Part shown: positions 48,612 to 57,075 of the stretch, piece after piece
How positions within the stretch are numbered: the first letter of the stretch is position 1
Layout: the number at the start of each line of letters is the position of its first letter
NCBI GenBank assembly: GCA_034436195.1
Contig: DAOTWS010000176.1
Location: 113 to 64,112 of the forward strand
Reading direction: 5' to 3'
DNA from: Anaerolineae bacterium
Lineage (GTDB): Bacteria; Chloroflexota; Anaerolineae; Promineifilales; Promineifilaceae
Length of the DNA stretch: 64,000 nucleotides
Position numbers and translations under genes: made by a program
The notes under the pieces: generated by a model
Told to the model about the DNA's origin: nothing
What the model saw: only the letters and a program-made list of their open reading frames with translations
Databases searched by the model: none

Positions 48612-49448
48612 ATGAGTGACAAGGAGTTTTTGAGTGTATTGCTTGAGGTGGGGCAGGAAACGGCCGTTTCTGCCGGTCGTCTCTTGCGTGATATCTGGTC
48701 TCAGCCGCGCCAGATTTCAGAAAAAGCGTACCGCGACATTGTCACAGATGCCGATGTCGCTGCCCAAAAACTAATTACAGATAATATTAGCCGGCATTTT
48801 CCCGATCATGGTTTTCTGACAGAAGAAAGTGATATTGCTCTGGCGAAAAACGGCCGTATTATCTGGATCATCGACCCGGTAGATGGCACAACCAACTACA
48901 GCCGCCAACAACCCAACTACTGTGTTTCCATTGCCGCAGCCCTGCCATTATCCAGCCCTCCCCCTGCATCAGACACAATTACCTTCGATTTACTGGTCGG
49001 TATCATCTACGATCCAGTGCGTGACGAACTGTTTTACGCAACCAAAGGAGGAGGCAGTTATTTGAACGGAAAACCTATTTCAGTCAGTCCTCTGGAAGAG
49101 CTGGCATATGCTGTGATTGCAATAGATCTTAGCCGAAACCGGCAAACACGCCGTTCAACGCTCGAATTGTTGCCCCGCTTTGCCGATGAAGTCATGACAA
49201 CACGCATTGTGGGCACAGCCGCTCTGACAATGGCGTGGGTTGCTGCTGGCCGCGCGGATGCCTACATGAATTTTAATCTGAAGCCGTGGGATATTGCCGC
49301 AGCAGAAATTATTGTGCGCGAAGCTGGGGGGACACTGACTACAATTGACGGACAGCCGCTTGTATGGCGCAGGAATGGAGGCGATTGTCTGGCCAGTAAC
49401 GGCCGTATTCACCAACCCTTTCTCTCACTCCTCAATGGCCATCCTTGA
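48612..49448 (+). CDS. inositol monophosphatase family protein
   Basis: FLTEES, WIIDPVDGTTNY and WDIAAAEIIVREAGG. Confidence 0.88.
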   Translation: MSDKEFLSVLLEVGQETAVSAGRLLRDIWSQPRQISEKAYRDIVTDADVAAQKLITDNISRHFPDHGFLTEESDIALAKNGRIIWIIDPVDGTTNYSRQQPNYCVSIAAALPLSSPPPASDTITFDLLVGIIYDPVRDELFYATKGGGSYLNGKPISVSPLEELAYAVIAIDLSRNRQTRRSTLELLPRFADEVMTTRIVGTAALTMAWVAAGRADAYMNFNLKPWDIAAAEIIVREAGGTLTTIDGQPLVWRRNGGDCLASNGRIHQPFLSLLNGHP

Positions 49449-49564
49449 TATTCCTGTACATTTGTCCGAGTTCGCAGCCCATTTTTCAGACAAAATATCT
49501 CTTGTCACCTGATCTGCCACTTTGTACAATCCCACCAAACAATTATCCGGAGAAGCAACCCGCC

Positions 49565-50476
49565 ATGCGCTGGCCTCATTACGAGCACATTTTCTTTGAT
49601 TGCGATTCCACCCTGACCACCATCGAAGGTATTGACGTATTGGCAGAATCTGTCGGTAAACGGTGGCGTGTAGAAGTACTAACCAAAGCTGCAATGGACG
49701 GCCATCTGGACCTGAAAGACGTTTATAACAAGCGTTTGCGGGCTGTACGGCCTAATCGAGAACAAATACGTGCTATCTACCGTGCCTACAAACAAAATAT
49801 TACTGAAGATGCCGCAGCCGTGATTCATTCTTTGCAGGCTCTAGGGCATAAGGTGTATATTATCAGTGGTGGACTGGCAGAACCGGTAGTAGAATTGGGC
49901 ATTTATCTGGGCGTACCACGAGAACATATCCGCGCCGTCAATGTCGCCTATAACCAGCTGACCGGTCGCTGGTGGCAACAATGCAACCCTCAGGCCAATG
50001 GCAATGAACCTTATTTGGCATATGAAAAAGGGGCTCTAACAGTTAGCGATGGTAAGGCACAAATTGTACAGGAGTTGCTACAGGGACAAAACGGCCGTTC
50101 TCTACTCATCGGTGATGGCACCAGCGACCTGCTGGCACAAACGGCCGTTGATCTTTTCGTGGGCTTCACCGGCGTCATTGCTCGCCCCAACATCCTCACC
50201 AACGCCCCCATATCCATCCATTCCCCCAGCCTCGCCCCACTCCTCCTGCTGGCTGCTGGCCCAGCTGCCTACCAGTTCGTCCAAAATACCCCCCACCAAA
50301 CAATCTTTGACAAAGCATTCCAACTTACAGACAGAGGAGCAATAACATTTAACCATGAGCGACTTAACAAGAAATTCTGGCAAGCATATCAAACTGTTCA
50401 TCCCCGGTCCCACCGAAGTGAGACCCGAAATCCTGGACGCACAAACCGCCTGGATGATTGGGCACCGGATGTCTGA
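49565..50476 (+). CDS. HAD-superfamily phosphoserine-phosphatase-like hydrolase
   Basis: IFFDCDSTLT (DxDxT), IISGG and GDGTSDL. The 3' end overlaps the next gene by 122 nt, so the real C-terminus is uncertain. Confidence 0.7.
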   Translation: MRWPHYEHIFFDCDSTLTTIEGIDVLAESVGKRWRVEVLTKAAMDGHLDLKDVYNKRLRAVRPNREQIRAIYRAYKQNITEDAAAVIHSLQALGHKVYIISGGLAEPVVELGIYLGVPREHIRAVNVAYNQLTGRWWQQCNPQANGNEPYLAYEKGALTVSDGKAQIVQELLQGQNGRSLLIGDGTSDLLAQTAVDLFVGFTGVIARPNILTNAPISIHSPSLAPLLLLAAGPAAYQFVQNTPHQTIFDKAFQLTDRGAITFNHERLNKKFWQAYQTVHPRSHRSETRNPGRTNRLDDWAPDV

Positions 50477-51467
50477 ATGCAGTGACCTGATCGGCCGTAT
50501 CCAACCCAAACTCCGCCAACTCTTCATGACCCAAAAACGAGTCCTCATTAGCGCCTCATCCGGCACAGGACTAATGGAAGGCGCAATACGCAACTGCGCC
50601 AACCGCAAAGTCCTCAACTGTGTCAATGGCGCATTCAGCGACCGCTGGCGGCAAATCACCGAAGCCAATGGCAAAGCCAATGAAGTACTAGAAGTAGAAT
50701 GGGGACAACCCATCCTTCCCGAACAAGTGGCCGCCAAACTGGCAACAGGCGAATTCGACGCCATTACCGTTGCCCACAACGAAACCAGCACCGGCGTGAC
50801 AAACCCCATCCCACAAATTGCCCAGGCCGTACGACAAGCCCCCAATGGCCAGGAAATCATGATCCTGGTTGATTCCGTCAGCAGCCTGGGGGGCGCACGC
50901 CTGGAATTCGATGCCTGGGACCTGGACGTTTTGCTCACATCAAGCCAAAAAGCATTTGCCCTTCCGCCAGGTCTGGCTTTTTGTGCCATTTCTGACAGGG
51001 CAATGGCCAAAGCCGCCACTGTACCCAATCGTGGCTATTACTTTGACTTTCTGCTACTGGATAAATATCTGCAAAAAAACCAGACTCCAGCCACACCAGC
51101 CATCTCTCTCTTGTTTGCATTAGACAAGCAACTGGATGCAATCCTGGCTGAAGGTCTGGAAAACCGATTTGCACGCCACCTGGCCATGCGCGATCGCACT
51201 TTGGAATGGGCCAAAAGCCGCGGATTTACACCTTTTGCTACCCCAGGATACGAGTCGCCAACCGTGACTTGTGTTCACAACAACCGGCAAATTGATGTGG
51301 GTGCCCTAAATCAGTTTTTGCGAGAACGCGGTATGATTCTTTCAAATGGGTATGGTGCGCGTTTGCGCGACAAAACTTTCCGTATTGCTCACATGGGTGA
51401 CTTGCAAATGGCAGATATGGAAGCTTTGTTCACAGCTATTGATGAATTTCTGGAAACACTGGAGTAA
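50355..51467 (+). CDS. class V aminotransferase (serine-glyoxylate / phosphoserine aminotransferase-like)
   Basis: LFIPGPTEV, HNETSTGV, DSVSSLGG and TSSQKAFALPPGL (PLP lysine). Confidence 0.85.
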   Translation: MSDLTRNSGKHIKLFIPGPTEVRPEILDAQTAWMIGHRMSECSDLIGRIQPKLRQLFMTQKRVLISASSGTGLMEGAIRNCANRKVLNCVNGAFSDRWRQITEANGKANEVLEVEWGQPILPEQVAAKLATGEFDAITVAHNETSTGVTNPIPQIAQAVRQAPNGQEIMILVDSVSSLGGARLEFDAWDLDVLLTSSQKAFALPPGLAFCAISDRAMAKAATVPNRGYYFDFLLLDKYLQKNQTPATPAISLLFALDKQLDAILAEGLENRFARHLAMRDRTLEWAKSRGFTPFATPGYESPTVTCVHNNRQIDVGALNQFLRERGMILSNGYGARLRDKTFRIAHMGDLQMADMEALFTAIDEFLETLE

Positions 51468-51470
51468 ACC

Positions 51471-53054
51471 ATGTTTCGTATTCTGGTATCTGACAAGCTG
51501 GGAGAAGCTGGCTTACAAAAGTTGGCCGCTGCCACAGATATTCACTACGATGTCAAAACCGGGCTGAGTAAGGATGAGTTGCTGCAAATCATTCCGGAAT
51601 ATGATGCGCTGATTATTCGCAGCGGCACAAAAGTGGATGCAGAGGTGCTAAAAGCTGGTACACGCCTGAAAGTGGTGGGGCGGGCAGGAATTGGTGTAGA
51701 TAATGTTGATGTGTCTGCAGCTACTCGCCAGGGCGTTATTGTGATGAATACGCCAGAAGCAAATAGCATTGCCACGGCCGAACAGACGATGGCTCTTATG
51801 TTGGCCGTTAGTCGCCATACGGCACAGGCACACGCATCTTTGCTGGCAGGTGAATGGAAGCGTTCGCAGTTTGTGGGTACACAATTGTATGGCAAGGTGC
51901 TGGGAATTATTGGGCTGGGCAGAATCGGCCGTTTAGTTGCCCAACGCGCTCAGGCTTTTGGCATGAACGTACTCGCCTTTGACCCGTATGTTTCCGAAGC
52001 TGTAGGACGGGAATATCGTGTTACCCTGGTTGACCTGGATGATCTGTTAGCCCAGGCAGACTACATCACCCTGCACACAGCTTTGTTGCCAGAAACCGAA
52101 CGAATGATCAATGCAGAAACAATTGCTCAAATGAAAGAGGGGGTCATTCTGGTTAATGTAGCACGGGGCAAGTTGGTTGATGAGGCAGCTCTGGCAGAGG
52201 CGTTGCAAAGTGGTAAGGTGAAAGCGGCGGCTGTAGATGTGTATTCGGAAGAACCCCCACGAAACAATCCACTGATTGGCCTGCCAAATGTATTGCACAC
52301 ACCTCATTTAGGGGCAAGTACCAGGGAAGCGCAACGAGAAGTTGCCATTCAAATTGTGGATCAGGTGTTGGATGCATTACATGGTCGGGATTTTCGGAAT
52401 GCGCTGAATTTGCCATTCCAGGCAGGGCTGGATTTTCGGCAGGCTCAGCCGTATATGAAACTGGCAGAAAAGCTGGGGCAATTGCATGCTGGATTGGCTG
52501 ATGGTGTTATTCGCCGAGTGGAGATTGGTGTGCAAGGTGATGCGCTGCAAGATATGGTGCGGGCGGTTGCGGCAGGTGTCCTGAAAGGTATTCTTCATGG
52601 CCAGGTTGAAGGGCCTCTGAATTACGTGAATGCGCCTGTACTGGCAAATGAAGCCGGTATTAGCACGACACAAGTTGTACTGGATTCGGCACTGGATTAT
52701 CCTAACTTGATTTCTTGTCGGGCTGTATGGGATGGTGGAGAGCATGTATTGTCTGGTGTGCTGTTTGGTGGGAATGAGCCGCGTATTGTTCAGGTAGATG
52801 CGTATCAGCTGGAAGCAAATCCTTCTGGCGTGGTTTTGATTTTGCAGAATCAGGATGTGCCTGGGGTAATTGGTCAAGTGGGGACAATTTTGTCGGCATA
52901 TGAAGTGAATATTGGTGAGTGGCGAATGGGGCGGGATCGGCCGGGTGGTGAGGCGTTGTCGTTTATTAATCTGGATAGTGCGCCTCCGGCGGCTGTGTTG
53001 GAGGCGTTGCAGGGAGTAACGGCCGTTACTCACGTTCGTCTGATCCACTTATAG
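51471..53054 (+). CDS. serA: D-3-phosphoglycerate dehydrogenase with ASB and ACT domains
   Basis: GIIGLGRIGRLVAQRA, VNVARG, HTPHLGAST, and a C-terminal ACT region (VLILQNQDVPGVIGQVGTIL). Confidence 0.93.
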   Translation: MFRILVSDKLGEAGLQKLAAATDIHYDVKTGLSKDELLQIIPEYDALIIRSGTKVDAEVLKAGTRLKVVGRAGIGVDNVDVSAATRQGVIVMNTPEANSIATAEQTMALMLAVSRHTAQAHASLLAGEWKRSQFVGTQLYGKVLGIIGLGRIGRLVAQRAQAFGMNVLAFDPYVSEAVGREYRVTLVDLDDLLAQADYITLHTALLPETERMINAETIAQMKEGVILVNVARGKLVDEAALAEALQSGKVKAAAVDVYSEEPPRNNPLIGLPNVLHTPHLGASTREAQREVAIQIVDQVLDALHGRDFRNALNLPFQAGLDFRQAQPYMKLAEKLGQLHAGLADGVIRRVEIGVQGDALQDMVRAVAAGVLKGILHGQVEGPLNYVNAPVLANEAGISTTQVVLDSALDYPNLISCRAVWDGGEHVLSGVLFGGNEPRIVQVDAYQLEANPSGVVLILQNQDVPGVIGQVGTILSAYEVNIGEWRMGRDRPGGEALSFINLDSAPPAAVLEALQGVTAVTHVRLIHL

Positions 53055-53081
53055 CCTTTTTTCACCACACTGGAACAAAAA

Positions 53082-53115
53082 AGCGGTTAGTCGGGGCCTT
53101 TCCTGACTAACCGCT
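53082..53115. terminator. bidirectional hairpin terminator between serA (+) and jag (-)
   Basis: 11-bp stem AGCGGTTAGTC/GACTAACCGCT, with AAAAAA on the left (T-run for the minus strand) and a T-rich right tail. Confidence 0.6.
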
Positions 53116-53137
53116 TCTGCTTTCTGCGCGTGTTGGT

Positions 53138-53878
53138 TTATTTGGGGTAAATGCGAACTTTACGGCGTTTGCCTTCTCCTACGCTTTGGGTGTACACATA
53201 TTTGTCGTTGCGTAGTGTCATGTGAATAATTCGTCGTTCGTGGGGGGGCATTGGCTCCAGACTGATCGGCCGTTTCCGCTTGCTTACCTTGCGCGCCATT
53301 CGTTCTGCCAGTCGGGTAAGTGCTTTCTCACGTCGTTGCCGATAACCTTGCACGTCCAGGATAAAAGTGGCACGCCGATGTAAGCGATGACCAACCATAA
53401 GACGGGTCACATATTGTAATGCGTTAAGTGTTTCGCCCCGTACGCCAATCAAGCCGGCCAAATTCTCTCCCTGAATATCCAAGACTAATACCTGGCGCCC
53501 TGTCAAATCGTCGGGAGGAGAAAGGCGGGGGGTGATTGTGGCCTGGATGTCCATTTTTTCCAGCATGGACTGCAAGATTTCGGTAGCTACTTGTTCTTCT
53601 TCGGTAAGTTGCTCACTGAAAACGGCCGTTTTTGGGGCAACCTGTTCTGCAGGCACGGCGGCGACAGCCGCTGGCGCCGGTTTAGGCGCGGGCACTGTCA
53701 ATGGTGTTAACCGCACCACTGCATCCCGACTCCCAATGCCCAACAAACCACGACTCCCCTCATCTACCACTTCGATAATCACATCACTACGGCCAATACC
53801 TAATTGAGCCAGCCCTGCTTCAATTGCCGATTCAACATCAGGGCCTCGTACCTCTATTTCACGTTTGGTCTCTGACAT
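53138..53878 (-). CDS. jag: Jag/KhpB-type RNA-binding protein (Jag_N, KH, R3H)
   Basis: VESAIEAGLAQLG...LQYVTRLMV...ERRIIHMTLRNDKYVYTQSVGEGKRRKVRIYP. Confidence 0.88.
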   Translation of the reverse strand: MSETKREIEVRGPDVESAIEAGLAQLGIGRSDVIIEVVDEGSRGLLGIGSRDAVVRLTPLTVPAPKPAPAAVAAVPAEQVAPKTAVFSEQLTEEEQVATEILQSMLEKMDIQATITPRLSPPDDLTGRQVLVLDIQGENLAGLIGVRGETLNALQYVTRLMVGHRLHRRATFILDVQGYRQRREKALTRLAERMARKVSKRKRPISLEPMPPHERRIIHMTLRNDKYVYTQSVGEGKRRKVRIYPK

Positions 53879-53907
53879 AGTTCTTTTTCCTCGCAGGTAA
53901 GTCTCTA

Positions 53908-54810
53908 CTAACGCTTGCCTGACCGCCGTTTGCGTTTGGATTGTGGTCTGGTCTTTTTAGGCGGCTTGTTGTTTGCTGCTGGTGCCTGAGATTCATCAAT
54001 AGGTTCCGGATCTGGCATTGGTTCTGGTTCTGGAATAGCGTCCGATGGCGCAGAAACGGCCGTTTGTGCCTCCGCCTCTGCTTCACGTGCCATCACCTGT
54101 CGCATATACACACCCTGGAAAATACCAATTATGTTCGACAACACAAAATAAATAGACAATCCTGCCTGAAACTGCAAGGAGAAAAAGCCAAACATAATCG
54201 GCATGGTATATTGCATTGACTGAGTCATTGCCGCCGTTGGGTCATCTTGCTGTTTCTTATTATCTGCCTGCGGACGATTAGCCGTTGGCGAAAGAAACTT
54301 CTGCTGCAAATACATGGTAGCAAATACCAACACCGGCAAAACAAACAATGGATCGGGTTGTCCCAAATTCATCCACAAGAACCGATTGGAAATTGGCAAC
54401 AATTGGCTCAAGTCAATGCCTGGATATACCCGTTGCGTGAGCAAAAAGAGTGACTGGGGTGTTGAACTCAAAACCAAACGCAACACCTGAAACAGGCCAA
54501 ACAAAACCGGCATCTGAATCAGCAATGGCAAACACCCACCCAGTGTTTCGGCAGGGTTGTAGCCAATCTTCTGAAACTCCTCTTGCATCTTTTGCGGATT
54601 ATCCCGATACTTTTTCTGAATGGCCTGAATCTGCGGTTGCAGCTTCTGCATTTTCATGCTGGAACGCTGCTGGCGAATGTTCAGAGGAAGCGTTAGCAAC
54701 CGGATAAGAATTGTAAACACCGTAATGGCCAACACAAAGTTGTTGCCCAGAATGGCATAGAGCCACAACAATGCATTGGTCATGGGATTGATGATTAGTA
54801 AGTCCCACAT
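53908..54810 (-). CDS. yidC: membrane protein insertase YidC (short form) with a basic tail
   Basis: ILIRLLTLPL...QKLQPQIQAIQKKY...GCLPLLIQMPVLFGLF...MQYTMPIMFGFF. Confidence 0.92.
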   Translation of the reverse strand: MWDLLIINPMTNALLWLYAILGNNFVLAITVFTILIRLLTLPLNIRQQRSSMKMQKLQPQIQAIQKKYRDNPQKMQEEFQKIGYNPAETLGGCLPLLIQMPVLFGLFQVLRLVLSSTPQSLFLLTQRVYPGIDLSQLLPISNRFLWMNLGQPDPLFVLPVLVFATMYLQQKFLSPTANRPQADNKKQQDDPTAAMTQSMQYTMPIMFGFFSLQFQAGLSIYFVLSNIIGIFQGVYMRQVMAREAEAEAQTAVSAPSDAIPEPEPMPDPEPIDESQAPAANNKPPKKTRPQSKRKRRSGKR

Positions 54811-54837
54811 AAATTTTTTACCTGGTTAATTTTTTGT

Positions 54838-55983
54838 TTATTCTGACGCGGCAGGCAAGAATGCCCATTGCTGACCACCTGTCACCAGGTCAAAGGCCAT
54901 TAGCAATGCCTGCTCGCTTTGCATGGCTACAACAATTACATTATCAACGACGACAGGTGTGGCAAACAAAGGGGCAGGGGTTGTTTTTTGCCATTTTACT
55001 TGTCCGTTTGTCACATCAAGCGCCGAAAGCACCCCCTGACCAGTTTCCTTGTTTCCTTCGGAAACAATGTAGAGAGTGTCGTTAACCACAATGGGAGAAG
55101 CTGTCACTGCCCCTTCAACTTGCTGTACCCAGAGACGTTCGCCGGAATCGGCCGTTACTGCATATACGTTTCCGTCAATATCAGCATAGTATAGGGTATC
55201 ACCATTTAGTGCTGGTGCACCCCACACCCAATTTTCAGCTTCGGCAGCCCATTTTTCCTGGCCAGTTTCTTCATCCAAGGCATGTACCTTGCCATCAAAA
55301 CTGGAAACATATATTAGCCCGGAATCAACAACCGGTTGGCTGGCTATAGCACCTTGTAGTTCCTGGCGCCAAATCCGATTGCCTGACTGGGCATCTACAG
55401 CATGCACGGCTTTATCCAGAGAAGCGACATAAACGATACCGTTTTTATAAGCGGGTTGTGCCCACACGCTGTTTTCCAGTTCATATTGCCATTGGAGAGA
55501 ACCGGTGTTGGCATCGAGGGCTAATAGTTTGTTATCGGCCGTTCCCACATACACCGTATCTTCTACTTGCAACGGCGGCGCTACGATATGGTCCTGTGCC
55601 AGCCCATCTTGCTGCCATAGTAATTCTGGCGAACTGCTATCCGTGTCTTGCAATGCGTAAATACTGGCAATGACGCCTGGGGAGAACATACCGCCAGACG
55701 CGCCGTAGTCACCGATGATGATACGGCCGTTTTGCACCGATGGCGCCGCATAAAATTGCAATGTTCTATTTGGTTCTTCAGGAAAACTCCAGACCTGGGT
55801 CTGTTTTTCAACATCGTACGCAATAACACCCGGACCATAAGCGATGTAAATGCGTTTGCCATCAGTGGAAAGACCCGGCCAGTTTGTATTGGCAATTCCG
55901 CCAGAACAGGCAGCCAAAAATATGCTGGTCAGAATGAGAATAAATATTGCAGGCCGCAAAAACGGCCGTTTCGCTGTGTACAA
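54838..55983 (-). CDS. PQQ-like (BamB-type) beta-propeller repeat lipoprotein
   Basis: Lipobox FLAACSG. Repeated ...YV(G/A)(T/S)xDxxxxAxDaxtGxxxW... blades. Confidence 0.8.
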   Translation of the reverse strand: MYTAKRPFLRPAIFILILTSIFLAACSGGIANTNWPGLSTDGKRIYIAYGPGVIAYDVEKQTQVWSFPEEPNRTLQFYAAPSVQNGRIIIGDYGASGGMFSPGVIASIYALQDTDSSSPELLWQQDGLAQDHIVAPPLQVEDTVYVGTADNKLLALDANTGSLQWQYELENSVWAQPAYKNGIVYVASLDKAVHAVDAQSGNRIWRQELQGAIASQPVVDSGLIYVSSFDGKVHALDEETGQEKWAAEAENWVWGAPALNGDTLYYADIDGNVYAVTADSGERLWVQQVEGAVTASPIVVNDTLYIVSEGNKETGQGVLSALDVTNGQVKWQKTTPAPLFATPVVVDNVIVVAMQSEQALLMAFDLVTGGQQWAFLPAASE

Positions 55984-55996
55984 CGAATAACCTCCA

Positions 55997-56206
55997 TCAC
56001 GGTACCGGGTCGTAGCCGCCAGGATTTAGTGGATGACAACGGCTAACCCGCTTGATAGTCATCCACCCTCCTTTAATGAGGCCGTATTTCTCAATGGCCT
56101 CATAACCATAGTGAGAACATGACGGAGTAAACCGGCAACTTGGCGGCAATGCCCGGGATATGGTTTTTTGATATAAACGAATTAGTAACAACACGAGCCT
56201 CTTCAT
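55997..56206 (-). CDS. yidD: membrane protein insertion efficiency factor YidD
   Basis: [35 protein letters not shown]...[16 protein letters not shown]. Confidence 0.93.
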   Translation of the reverse strand: MKRLVLLLIRLYQKTISRALPPSCRFTPSCSHYGYEAIEKYGLIKGGWMTIKRVSRCHPLNPGGYDPVP

Positions 56207-56208
56207 GG

Positions 56209-56592
56209 CTAAACCCCACTGGCCACGTCATTTGTGCGAGAAGTCGCCTGAGGGGAGCGGTAAAGACCAGCACGGGAAAGCAACGCCAAAACGGCCGTTT
56301 CCACTTCCGCATACGAAACAGCCGCTGTCTGCTCCCGGGCAATCAGCACCACATCCCACCCAGCCTCAATTTCGTCCAAATGACGCCGCACAACCTCCCG
56401 CAACAATCGTTTTGCCCGATTGCGGGAAGTAGCCTTACCTACACGTCGGCTGGCCACAAACGCAAACCGACTTACCTCTTCAGCATTAGCTTGCACCAAC
56501 AAAATAGCCAGGGGATGACGCCAGCTTCGACCCAATTGCCTGACGCGCTCCAAATCAGTGGCGCGACGTAAACGGTGGCACTGGGGAAGCAT
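56209..56592 (-). CDS. rnpA: ribonuclease P protein component
   Basis: [24 protein letters not shown]. Located downstream of rpmH. Confidence 0.9.
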   Translation of the reverse strand: MLPQCHRLRRATDLERVRQLGRSWRHPLAILLVQANAEEVSRFAFVASRRVGKATSRNRAKRLLREVVRRHLDEIEAGWDVVLIAREQTAAVSYAEVETAVLALLSRAGLYRSPQATSRTNDVASGV

Positions 56593-56613
56593 GCCTCAAA
56601 ACACCGGAACGCC

Positions 56614-56847
56614 CTAGCTCCCGGGGTAGCGATTACCGCGCCGCTTCACCGAACGGTAAGCTGTAGCTGAAGAACCATTCCAGTTAATCCGTTTGGTGTG
56701 ATTATTCATGGAAACAGTCAGCTTATACCGCCCCTTCGCACGGCGTCTTTTCAAAACTTCGCGCCCACCTTTTGTCTTCATGCGCGCACGAAAACCATGA
56801 ACACGTAAACGACGACGAATCTTTGGTTGATAAGTACGCTTCGGCAT
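56614..56847 (-). CDS. rpmH: 50S ribosomal protein L34 with a ~33-aa basic C-terminal extension
   Basis: [45 protein letters not shown] is canonical L34. The frame then continues [32 protein letters not shown] to TAG at 56614. RBS AGGAGAG. Confidence 0.85.
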   Translation of the reverse strand: MPKRTYQPKIRRRLRVHGFRARMKTKGGREVLKRRRAKGRYKLTVSMNNHTKRINWNGSSATAYRSVKRRGNRYPGS

Positions 56848-56862
56848 CTCTATTACTCTCCT

Positions 56863-56886
56863 AAAAAAACCAGGGCTTTCGCCCTG
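56863..56886 (-). terminator. terminator-like hairpin with a GNRA loop and U-tract, abutting the rpmH RBS
   Basis: The minus strand reads CAGGGC-GAAA-GCCCTG-G-TTTTTTT, then directly AGGAGAG (RBS). Confidence 0.55.
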
Positions 56887-56981
56887 TGAAAATTTCCATC
56901 AATTTTGGGCAAAACAAACCAGTTTTTAATACCCAGATAAGTTGCTATTGCAAAAAATCGTGGTTATGCAAGCGACAGAAA

Positions 56982-57010
56982 ATTATACCTGACTGACAAA
57001 TGACGGTCAA
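56982..57010 (-). promoter_or_regulatory. near-consensus promoter TTGACC-17nt-TATAAT reading towards rpmH
   Basis: On the minus strand, TTGACC is at 57010-57005 and TATAAT at 56987-56982. It lies between the murA stop and the hairpin. Confidence 0.6.
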
Positions 57011-57075
57011 ATGAAGATTGGCGTGGGTGAAAGAACGGCCGTTTCCCACCCTCACAACCAACACCCATCACTCAA

